From Carpediemonas membranifera BICM (Eukaryota; Protista; Fornicata): a stretch of DNA of 64,000 nucleotides. This document shows, in pieces, positions 49,815 to 60,855 of this stretch (its first letter is position 1; each line of letters opens with the position of its first letter). Made by a program: the position numbers and the translations under genes. Where the stretch lies: the NCBI GenBank assembly GCA_019828565.1, contig JAHDYR010000038.1, positions 1,039,578 to 1,103,577 of the forward strand. Reading direction: 5' to 3'. Below the pieces are notes generated by a model that made no database searches, was not told where the DNA came from, and worked only from the letters and a program-made list of their open reading frames with translations.

Positions 49815-50820
49815 ATGGACGAGAAATACGGAGAATTCGGCACGCGACGCATCAGTAAGGACCAAGAAGTCTTTGAATGTGTCTGTGGTAAGGTTCAGCT
49901 CAGGCGTGGACATCGCGGGATCGGTTTCAAGTCTTCTTCCTCTCACGAGTGTCCTTTTTACAACAGAGAAGTTGATTAACCGACGGGTGCTAATCACCAT
50001 CGAGCCGCTGCATGGTTTCGAGACCCCGACTCAGCCCTACCCCGTCTTCCGCGTGGAAAGTCTTGCCAACTCATCTGGCTATCACTTCAAGCTCAAGACG
50101 GCTCTAGAGCTCGTTGATGATGAGTGGCTGACTGCCGTTGCCCGCACCTTTAAGTCTACGTCCCATCTGGCCGAGGTACTTGAGGAGTTGGCGTCGCAGT
50201 ACTCTAACTTCGACACTTACTGGGTGATATCGGGTCATTCTGATACAGAAACGTCGCGTATGATCATTGATACGTCTACGAACGAGTTTCTGTATCACCA
50301 TGATCTGGTCCAGCTCATCCTCAGGTCATTCGAGAGCCCTTCCTTGGTGAGATCGACGCGTGTGCGTCTGATTTACTTTGCCACCTGCTCCGGACTCGAC
50401 AGATCTGAGGAGTCTCAGCTGTGCAGTGCTATTTCGACAGCCAAGTACAAGAACACATGCATTATCCTCACTCCTGAGAAGGTTCTGGCGCATGAGCTTG
50501 TTCTCCAGGACGCCTATTGGCTCTACCGCGTGACATGCCTCGACAATCCTCTTTTCTTTCTGACGAAGTACTTCTCTGGCTATCGTTTCGCGCCTGGCTC
50601 AGCAGGAAGACGGATTATAGCCAATGGTTCCTTGTCATTTCCCAACGAGGCCAGGGTCATCATGTCTGAGACTAGCTATGCCCGGCCCATTCCTCTTCCT
50701 GAAATGCAAGACATCGTTTCTGATGTCAACGAGTATGACCCGTTAAGAACCGACCAGAGAAGACTTATGAATGATCGATACATAAGCATGATGACCCGTG
50801 CGCTTGAGAGAGACGTGTAG
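49815..50820 (+). CDS. Putative clan CD (CHAT/caspase-fold) protease; start uncertain
   Basis: Strand-His motif YWVISGHS and strand-Cys motif LIYFATCSG about 45 aa later. Confidence 0.5.
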
Positions 50821-50863
50821 TAAACAGATATATATACAATTTATGATCATCTCTCACTAAACA

Positions 50864-52088
50864 CTAAACAATCGGTCTCATGCCCTCTACTCGCTTATAG
50901 ACAACCTTACATTTGCTGCAGAGGGGAACGATGTACAACTTGCCATCAATGGTGTACTGCACTTCCTCAGAGCAATGCTCACAGTACCACCAGTGACAGC
51001 CTCGGCAGCAAAGAAGAGTAGAAGCCTGTTCTTCTGCTTTCTTCGTGTTCTTGGATCTTAGGCCCTTTTTGCACGCCTGGCACTTGTTGCTAGAGCCGGT
51101 AATATAGCACGCGGGACAGTAGTCCTTCTTGCCCTTCGTCCTGACACATTGCTCGTGCAGGAAACCTTTGCAAGCACAGCATCTCCTGAACGTAGTGCCG
51201 TCTGGATTGAAGAACCACTCGGGGGTACCACACACAAGACATCCAAATAGCATTTTGCGCTGATGAAGGCTAAGGAAAGTCGTCTTACATGTCTCGGGTT
51301 CGGTAGGCGGGTCTCTCACACGGGTCTCTGAGACAACGTCATTGATCAGGACCTTAATACGGTCAACAACAGCATCGGACACGTTGTTAGACACCTGCTG
51401 CAGATCGTCGTCACCAAGCCTGGGTCGCTTGGCTTCCTCGTCGTCAAAGACGATCTTCTTCCGAACCGGCACCGATCGATCTGTCGTTGACTGAGGTGTG
51501 TCTGCTTCATCACCAACACCAAGTGAAGACAGTTGCGTAGTCGACCGTATCGGTGGGATCTCTGCCTTGATCATCGTAGTCGGGGTCGATTTGACCGTTG
51601 CCTTTTTGCTTGACAGGCTTATATCTCACCCGGTTGATCACAGGCAAGTTCTCAAGGCTGATTGAGTCGGAAACATCGTTCAGTCCAGCATCTGAGAGAA
51701 CATCTGAGAGCATCTGGCGGAACTCGGCATGGCAGGGCTGACTACGGACAGCAATGTGCTGCATGACAGAGCCATTGTACTCCGCAGAGGGTCTAACTGC
51801 TGTTATAAACGTAGTAACGCCGACAACAGTCGTCCGCCTGACCTGTTCCCGGAGTTCAATTGACTTGAACCCAGGGCATTCGGCGGCGACCCTGCGCTGG
51901 ACCTCCAGAAGTACCTTATGGATGTCGCGTGCACTCAAGCCGAGGTCAGTTGCCTCGTCGTCCTCAAATACTGAAGAAACAACGGCTGTAACAAATGAAC
52001 GACGGAGATTTGCGAGCTTACTGTTGCCATACTGTCTGATGGGGGGCGTAGCAGCAATAGGTTCTGGTACAGACACTTCTGAATTCAT
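50864..52088 (-). CDS. PHD-finger protein (frameshift at ~51583), counterpart of subfamily A PHD gene
   Basis: CLVC...CCACKGFLHEQC...YCPAC (C4HC3), then CQAC...CRGCHWWYC..C...LCSKC. Confidence 0.75.
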
Positions 52089-52859
52089 GAGAATTTCTAT
52101 CCAAGCTGTTTACGTTGTTACATTTGTCTATTTACGTAGACTCCTGGCATTGACAATACCTAAAACTGCGACATTTGTCGGTCATGATTCGAGCAACTAG
52201 CCACCAAAAGGTAGAAACGGTAACGTCAGGGCTCGTGGAAGTTGCCAAAGTACAAGATTCTTACCAAATAATCCGAAAAACTGCTCAGGGCTTGCGAAAG
52301 GAAGAAGAAATCAACAAAAAGGTGAATGACACAGAGTTTCTGCTGCAAGAGATACGCGATTTGTTTATAGATGCCATACAGACGATGAGGGACAAGTAAA
52401 AATGACATTCACTAGCTTTGCTTCTCATTTCACATATTCTTGTGAAATATGTGAAATGTGAAACAGATTCTAGTGAATCTCATTTTTTCTTGCACTTTTT
52501 GGAGTATCTCCAGGGTATCTCCCGGGAGACTCTAGCCATTCTTACAGTATGTTATAATAGTCTGCCCGAGTAGAGTCCAGCCATACCATAAATGTCCCCC
52601 AATCTCCCCCTCCCGGTCGCTCATACCTCCAAAATGGCCTATATTCCCTGTAGGGAGATTAATAAGGGCGGATTTCCCATAAGTCGTGGCATAGAGGGAA
52701 GAGACTTTGTACACAGCCTCCTGATCGTGGGTTCAATTTTCACCGGGAGCAATATGCTCTTTTTGGCAGACAACGCCGCTCCGAGCTCTATCGCGCCCAG
52801 CGGTGCCTGCAGCGGCCAGAACAGAGCTAGAATTCGGGTGATTTTTAATCTCGATCGAA

Positions 52860-53503
52860 ATGCTGCTGAAGCACGCTCTAGAGGGACTGAAGCGCTCTAC
52901 GAAGGAGCAATACAAGCAGACATATCAAAAACTGTGCGTTTACCTTGAGTGCGACGATGAGGATGCTGATGTTGTTATTATCACAGAGATCCGACAAAAT
53001 AGTGACGTATTCGAACAGTTTCTGGACTCTCTGTCCTTCTGTTGCCGTTTTGGACGGTACAAGTCCATCTCGATGCCTCAACAGGCTCTCGTTCGCCTTC
53101 TTCGCACTGCTGGTGCCGAAACCGACCTAATTTGCAGGATAAGGACTCACACGCTTCCGGCACGCCAGGTGCTGACTGAGGAAGAGTACGACAAGCTCAC
53201 GGGTGCTCTGAAGTACGACATTGCCGAGTCCCACCGTCAGCTCGCCCTAGTCGTTGCTCTCTGCCGGCTGGGATCGTATGTCGCAGACCTACGTGACTTA
53301 GACCCGCGCTACAGGAGTTGATGCAAGAGGCTGCCGTGGATCACCCTGCCTTTGAGACCCTTATCTGGATGTCCAAGGACCTTGATTCGCTCTGGGGTAG
53401 TCCCCCCATGACAGTCAGGCACGCGAAACGCATCTTGCACGAAGCGGGGACTTCAGTGACTGAAGCGAGGACGAATAAATCCTTTCAGTCTGAAGTGAGT
53501 TAA
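52860..53503 (+). CDS. Degenerate tyrosine-recombinase-like protein (frameshift at ~53310)
   Basis: LKRSTKEQYKQTY (SAM-like), VLTEEEYDKL, LVVALCRLGSYVADLRDL (catalytic Arg position is Tyr). Confidence 0.45.
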
Positions 53504-53581
53504 GCGTGTAATACGCCATAAAAGCTTCCGCCGGTGAGGTATCGAGCTCTGTGGTCAGCATAGAGAAGTGTTGCATTATTC

Positions 53582-56500
53582 TGCGAAATAGTGGCCAATT
53601 GGCCACTATTTCGCACCCTTATGCTCGCAACGAGACTGAAATGAGGTTCCAGGCGAAAAGCGAAGCAACGATGAGTAAAGTAAGTAAGTGGTGCTGGTGT
53701 CGTGGCTGTGGGGCGTGTGGCACTTGCGCCCCGAAAACGCCATATTACCGGGGTTCGTCGACATCTCTGCTCCCAAATCTGCACCTGAATTTTCGGGAGC
53801 ATGGCGGGGAGCTGGGCCAGACAAGTGGTGCCACAGGGACTAAGCTCCGCAGCTCAGCCTCTGCCAGGCGGCACTCGTTTGAATTCTGCACGAAAATATT
53901 CAGACGACGAAAGATGGGCAAAGGGCCCCGAAAACGCTGTAGTACCAGCGCAAGTGAAGCATTTTGTAATAGAATAGCTTACTTGCGCTGATGCTGGCGT
54001 TTTCGGGGCCCCAAATCGCCTCCGTGCGCTCTCCTGCTGCTCTCCCTCCCGTGCGCCATACCCCGGCGCTCTCCTGCCGCTCTCCCTCCCGTGCGCCATA
54101 CCCCGGCGCTCTCATGCTGCTCTCCCTCCCATGCGCCATACCCCGGCGCTCTCATGCTGCTCTCCCTCCCGTGCGCCATCGCCCGGCGCTCTCCTGCCGC
54201 TCTCCCTCCCGTGCGCCATACCCCGGCGCTCTCCTGCCGCTCTCCCTCCCGTGCCATACCCCGGCGCTCTCCTGCCGCTCTCCCTCCCGTGCGCCATACC
54301 CCTGGCGTCTCATGCTGCTCCCTCCCATGCCCATACCCCTGGCGCTTTCATGCTGCTTCCCTCCCGTGCGCCATCGCCCGGCGCTCTCCTGCCGCTCTCC
54401 CTCCCGTGCGCCATCCCCCGGCGCTCTCCCTCCCGTGCGCCATCGCCCGGCGCTCTCATGCTGCTCTCCCTCCCGTGCGCCATCGCCCGGCGCTCTCCTG
54501 CCGCTCTCCACCGCCGTTATCCTCCCGGCGCTTGTTTCTTGGCCGCTCGCTCTCTATATTGAAGTTAAATGGTGTTTATTACTCCTATTGATGGTAATAA
54601 GGCCTCATCAGTGCTTCGCACGGCTAACAACTAACGCCACAGCTGAAACTGATGATTCACTACGTTAAACGAGAAAGTGAGTGAACCGTTTGTTGATATT
54701 GTTAAAAAGTCTTGATCTGCGCACCAAACGCTCCTGTTACTGTCTTAATTGCCGATATCGTAGTGGCCAATTGGCCACTATTTCGCACTTTATGCTCGCA
54801 ACGAGACTGAAATGAGGTTCCAGGCGAAAAGCGAAGCAACGATGAGTAAAGTAAGTAAGTGGTGCTGGTGTCGTGGCTGTGGGGCGTGTGGCACTTGCGC
54901 CCCGAAAACGCCATATTACCGGGGTTCGTCGACATCTCTGCTCCCAAATCTGCACCTGAATTTTCGGGAGCATGGCGGGGAGCTGGGCCAGACAAGTGGT
55001 GCCACAGGGACTAAGCTCCGCAGCTCAGCCTCTGCCAGGCGGCACTCGTTTGAATTCTGCACGAAAATATTCAGACGACGAAAGATGGGCAAGGGCCCCG
55101 AAAACGCTGTAGTACCAGCGCAAGTGAAGCATTTTGTAATAGAATAGCTTACTTGCGCTGATGCTGGCGTTTTCGGGGCCCCAAATCGCCTCCGTGCGCT
55201 CTCCTGCTGCTCTCCCTCCCGTGCGCCATCCCCCGGCGCTCTCCTGCCGCTCTCCCTCCCGTGCGCCATCGCCCGGCGCTCTCCTGCCGCTCTCCCTCCC
55301 GTGCGCCATCGCCCGGCGCTCTCATGCTGCTCTCCCTCCCGTGCGCCATCGCCCGGCGCTCTCCTGCCGCTCTCCACCGCCGTTATCCTCCCGGCGCTTG
55401 TTTCTTGGCCGCTCGCTCTCTATATTGAAGTTAAATGGTGTTTATTACTCCTATTGATGGTAATAAGGCCTCATCAGTGCTTCGCACGGCTAACAACTAA
55501 CGCCACAGCTGAAACTGATGATTCACTACGTTAAACGAGAAAGTGAGTGAACCGTTTGTTGATATTGTTAAAAAGTCTTGATCTGCGCACCAAACGCTCC
55601 TGTTACTGTCTTAATTGCCGATATCGTAGTGGCCAATTGGCCACTATTTCGCACTTTATGCTCGCAACGAGACTGAAATGAGGTTCCAGGCGAAAAGCGA
55701 AGCAACGATGAGTAAAGTAAGTAAGTGGTGCTGGTGTCGTGGCTGTGGGGCGTGTGGCACTTGCGCCCCGAAAACGCCATATTACCGGGGTTCGTCGACA
55801 TCTCTGCTCCCAAATCTGCACCTGAATTTTCGGGAGCATGGCGGGGAGCTGGGCCAGACAAGTGGTGCCACAGGGACTAAGCTCCGCAGCTCAGCCTCTG
55901 CCAGGCGGCACTCGTTTGAATTCTGCACGAAAATATTCAGACGACGAAAGATGGGCAAGGGCCCCGAAAACGCTGTAGTACCAGCGCAAGTGAAGCATTT
56001 TGTAATAGAATAGCTTACTTGCGCTGATGCTGGCGTTTTCGGGGCCCCAAATCGCCTCCGTGCGCTCTCCTGCTGCTCTCCCTCCCGTGCGCCATACCCC
56101 GGCGCTCTCCTGCTGCTCTCCTCCCGTGCGCCATACCCCGGCGCTCTCATGCTGCTCTCCCTCCCATGCGCCATACCCCGGCGCTCTCATGCTGCTCTCC
56201 CTCCCGTGCGCCATCCCCCGGCGCTCTCCCTCCCGTGCGCCATCCCCCGGCGCTCTCCCTCCCGTGCGCCATCGCCCGGCGCTCTCCTGCTGCTCTCCCT
56301 CCCGTGCGCCATCGCCCGGCGCTCTCCTGCCGCTCTCCCTCCCGTGCGCCATCGCCCGGCGCTCTCCTGCCGCTCTCCCTCCCGTGCGCCATACCCCGGC
56401 GCTCTCCTGCCGCTCTCCACCGCCGTTATCCTCCCGGCGCTTGTTTCTTGGCCGCTCGCTCTCTATATTGAAGTTAAATGGTGTTTATTACTCCTATTGA

Positions 56501-56725
56501 TGGTAATAAGGCCTCATCAGTGCTTCGCACGGCTAACAACTAACGCCACAGCTGAAACTGATGATTCACTACGTTAAACGAGAAAGTGAGTGAACCGTTT
56601 GTTGATATTGTTAAAAAGTCTTGATCTGCGCACCAAACGCTCCTGTTACTGTCTTAATTGCCGATATCGTAGTGGCCAATTGGCCACTATTTCGCACTTT
56701 ATGCTCGCAACGAGACTGAAATGAG
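53582..56725 (+). repeat. Three tandem units (1171, 866, 1043 bp), each with a variable ~40-bp minisatellite array
   Basis: CTCGCAACGAGACTG recurs at 53624, 54795, 55661 and 56704. Arrays of CGCCAT(A/C)(C/G)CCCGGCGCTCTCCTGCCGCTCTCCCTCCCGTG at ~54021-54510, 55191-55375 and 56060-56417. Confidence 0.95.
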
Positions 56726-57470
56726 GAACTTAAGAATAGAAAGAATACTGGCGGCTTTAACGTAGTAGGCATGTGCACAACACTAAGAAACATCAGTAAG
56801 CGGGCGCAGAGCATCATTAAAGCAACAATAATCCCTAAACAACATCAATCATCATAAGTCCATCAGGACCATACGATATGAACTATAAATGGAGCATAGA
56901 TCAGTACAGCTGATTTGAAAGTACCAGGCATGGCCAGAATACCGCAATACTCGCCCGTTGATCCACGTGACCTCCATCTTGGTCGGTATCCAGAGAACGC
57001 CCGTCAGACGCTTGCAACGGAACATTTAGGGGGTGCATCCTGAATGGGGCCAGATTTGAGGGACCCTTGGTCTGACATGCCATGACCGAGTACTCTAGGG
57101 GCCTCCACAGTGCGTCCCGAGGTACGTTAGAGCACCACAGACCTTCCCCCAAAAGCTGACTCCTGGACACCTTGGCCGGAGCTCGCCCGAAGCGTGCCTC
57201 GGCTTGAACTAACGGCAAGAGAGCATAAAATCAGCCCTTTCGAACCGTGTTTTATGCTCTGCTGCCGTTATAGAATTATTCAAAGGGCCCTCTCTTTGCG
57301 CTTTTTTCTGGTTCGTGGGACGAAGTAGGGACGGACAAAAAAGCAGATACGGAAGGTATTGGAGGTACTGAGGCCGCCTAGGTACATAGTTGCCGTGTGG
57401 ATGGTTTCAGTTTATTACTTTTGGCACTCTATGTCCATTTTTTTATGCTCTCTTGCTGATAGTGCCGAAC

Positions 57471-59500
57471 ATGGACTTGCTAAAGTGGATTGAGAGCGCT
57501 AGCAAGGAACAGTACGATGCGATATTGGCTGCATACACCAAGGCAAGGCCTCACGAAGGACGAGAAGGAGGAGCTCCAGGATAAGTTGAAGAAGCAGTTT
57601 ATGGCACTCGCCGGACCAAGAAGTTCCAAGAAGCTTGGCGCGCTGGCGAAGTGGGTTGACGACAACCAGGCTGATATCGTGTATAGCCAGGAGAAGCGCA
57701 AGGCGCGTAAGGCCATTATTGAGGCCATTGACGCCGAGGAGAAGGACAAGGGCAAGGGCAAGGCCGAGAGCGCTAAGAAAGAACCCGTCGACGATGAGAG
57801 TGGCGTGGACAGTGGTGAAGAGAGCGGCGTCGACGATTCTGAGTTGTGCGACAGTGAGAGTGAGGTGGACTTTGACAACGAGTCCGACGATGAGATTAGA
57901 GAACGCGCGATCAAGCGCCGGCGCGAGAGAAAGATCGCCCAGAAGCTCAAGGAGTGGGAGGACAATAACGCTCGCAACTACGTCCTGTGGCATAGAGTCC
58001 AGAAGGAGGTGCACGGCGAGCTTCGCATTCGCGCCTCTCGAGAGTCAGCTGCGGTTGCTGGGGACAACCACGTCGACGTCCAGTTCGACAGATACCTTCG
58101 CGTATCCAAGCTGCTCGAAATGAAGGACTGGATTCACAAAGACCTCCCATCTCTTCCGATGGAGGCACGAGTGCTCCATCACAAGGCGCAGAAGAGAGTA
58201 CTCGAGCTGGAGGAGACCGTCACGAGGCTGCTGCAAGACGTGGGATACGCAGCTGACATCTCCATGGGTGCCAGCCCGACACCCGCGCCGTTTCGCCGCG
58301 ACCTACCCCAGTCGGGCACACACCAAGCACGAACGAGTACCCCCGCCGTACGGGGAAGAGCGACACAATCCACATGAAGCGCAAGGCCCTCATGACAATC
58401 CCTCAGAAGATCGCTGATGTCGATAACAACTCAGAGGAGTCAGACGAGGAGGAGATGGTGACAGAGGAGAAGAAGCGCGAGGCACACGAGGAGCTGGTGA
58501 CAGAGGAGAGGAAGGGTGAGTCACATGAGGAGGACGTGACCAAATGCGACGCCTGCATCCAGACTGAGCCGGAGAAGGCCAGGCCAGAGGACTCGGAGGA
58601 GGAGTCAGAGGAGGAAGAGGAGCCAGTGGAGGAGGGTGAGGCAGAGGAGGAGGGCAGGAGGACGAGATGGCTGAGTCAGAGGTGAATGCAGAGTCAGAGG
58701 AGAAGCGTGAGGCAGATAAGGAGCAAGATGCAGACAACGAGGTGGCATTCGAGGCTGAGTCGGACGTTGAATATGTCCAGGTCGACCACGTCGACCCAGC
58801 TTCCGAGCAGATGAGGAGCAGGGAAGTCAAGTTTAGAGTTGACGTCGCCAATCAGCTGGAGAAGAGCAAGCAGTGGGTCAGATACAAAACCCTGTCCCAC
58901 GGCAACTGTATAACACACTGCCTCATGATGATCGAGGGCGTCACGGAGCCTCATGCGTTCAAGAGCTGGGAGACGATGACGAATGAAGAGCAGTGTGCAG
59001 CGGAGACGAAGGCGGACAACTACCGCGAGCAGATATACAAGGAAGCGATAGAGATGAACCGGCGGGCCACTCCGGGGTACAGGCGGCCCGAGGAGGGTCT
59101 CCGGGACGAACTTTTCCATGAAGTGTGCAGTGTACACACTGTCACGGAGGAGGGCAACATCGGTAAGCCAATCATGCAGGAGAAGTGGTTGACTCAGTGG
59201 GCTGTTGAAGCCTGGTGCTCAATGACTGGAAAGTCCGTTGCATACCTCCATGTTGTCCGGGATTCTGACCCAAAGATCGATCCAGTCGTCGGCATGTACG
59301 TTTTTAGCAAGTCTGAGGAGGGCAAAGTGACACATGTCGCGTTTAAGCCCAACGAAAACGGCCAGAGCGCCCTGGCGTGTTTTGCCCAACAGTGTCGCGA
59401 GTGGGAAATCGAGTATGCGGTCGAAGTGACAAGGGGACACGCCACTCTGCGCAAGGTTCCTCCCGGGCTGAAGAGGAGGAGATGGTCAGTGAAGAAGTAA
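57471..59500 (+). CDS. OTU-like protease, subfamily B paralog (three frame breaks)
   Basis: MDLLKWIES (cf. A: HEWIES), DVQFDR (shared with C), TLSHGNCITHCLMM, WCSMTGK, GHATLRKV. Confidence 0.7.
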
Positions 59501-59931
59501 GAGTAAAGGATTGATATACCGACCGTATCGCTTATGTTTATGTGACCTTGAGGTTGATTCGCGGTTTGTAGGTGGGTATGGTGCTATATTACTCAGCCTG
59601 CTGTATATGTCTAGTCTACAGCCTGTATGCAGCTGTCTGTGGTGGTAAATATCGTCGGCTGGCCGAGAAAGCATAAACTGCACACTTGTGCATTCGAGTA
59701 CAGTGACGAAATCCCTCAATATGTTACCAGCAGTGCATTTAATAACCAATATCAACGCCGAGACGCGTGTAGTTCGGAGCCATGTAGTTGTTTGCGCTCG
59801 TCTGTCCCCCCTATTACCGAAACTGGTGCTGTACTCTAGAAAATCACTAACAACATCAACTCCTTTTCTCCGCAATGCAGATGAGAATGCCTATTCTCGC
59901 GATCTATAACTACCAATCATGTTTTCATTCT

Positions 59932-60057
59932 TTACTCATACTTGCCACAGATGCACACATCCAGTGAGATCTCTCCTTCCTCATTGCCCGTCAAACACGA
60001 GCCCTACCTCAACACCTTCTTCCATAGACCATCCACTTGACCTTCAAACAGAGGTCG
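59932..60057 (-). pseudogene. C-terminal remnant of a third transposase paralog
   Basis: Translates to FEGQVDGLWKKVLR*GSC...SLDVCICGKYE* versus A: FTKEVNGLWRTVL...C...TLDVCICKR*. Confidence 0.7.
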
Positions 60058-60855
60058 ACTGAGTGCCAAAAGCTGCACATGGTGTTTAGTCAACGGCCTA
60101 TGGCGCACTGTCTTGTCGAAAGCAGACCGTAGCTTTGACTCAGACTGGCTGGATGTTCCCATTCACGAGCAGGGACACACTCATGATATTTGCATATGTA
60201 AGAGATAGTAAAGATCGGATTTAGTCTCGCGGTATCTCACGTGGCCCAGAGCAGCGTGCTCCTGGAATCAACAGGGCACAAAACAGCCTGCGTATTCCGG
60301 TAGCACACCGTTCTGACTCATACGTCCGTCTCTGGTTGTCGTATACAGGTCTATTTACGTGTTTGGTGATGGCGCTCCCTTAAATCTGCTTGAACAGCGT
60401 GTCGTGGCTGTCAGTATGCTGCATATGTCTCAGCGAGAAAGGAGTCACCAATCGCGTTCAGCTTTCTTGTTTCTCGCCTGATAAGGCTCGTAATATCGTT
60501 CAAGCGTGAATCTATGAAGTAATGGGACTGAATGGCCTCTATTGCGTCAATTTCCTGCGTAATCGTTGTGGAATGGCCTAGAATAGATGTTGCAGCTGCT
60601 TCCAGCTCCTGTTGCATGCTAAATGCTGTGTTTTGGACAATTGGTCGTGTTCAGGCAGATTTTTTTCGTGCAAAGTGCAGGCTAATACCCGTCCTTAAAC
60701 TGTGGGATCAGCCGCTGGGTAAATATACTGAGAAAAAACCATATAGCTGAGTTCACTGTCTTGTGCTGAATACGGTGGCGCCATTTATTTCTCTGAATCG
60801 CTAAGTTTTGTCAGCGTTGACCGCGCAAGACCGGTCGTCCTTACGCGATGTCACC
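60056..60855 (+). pseudogene. 3' remnant of subfamily A transposase plus A-type downstream region
   Basis: Near-identical to ~30181-30986, with a small deletion. Confidence 0.9.

Larger units (their letters stand above)
41207..52551 (+). mobile_element. TIR transposon subfamily C, 11,345 bp, with transposase and chromatin-related cargo
   Basis: 50-bp TIRs 41207-41256 and 52502-52551 (one mismatch) starting CATACTGTAAGAATGG; TT duplicated at 41205-6 and 52552-3. Confidence 0.93.

Noticed and set aside
54021-56417. CRISPR array
   Set aside because: The 40-bp units are contiguous with no unique spacers, and there are no cas genes; this is a minisatellite.
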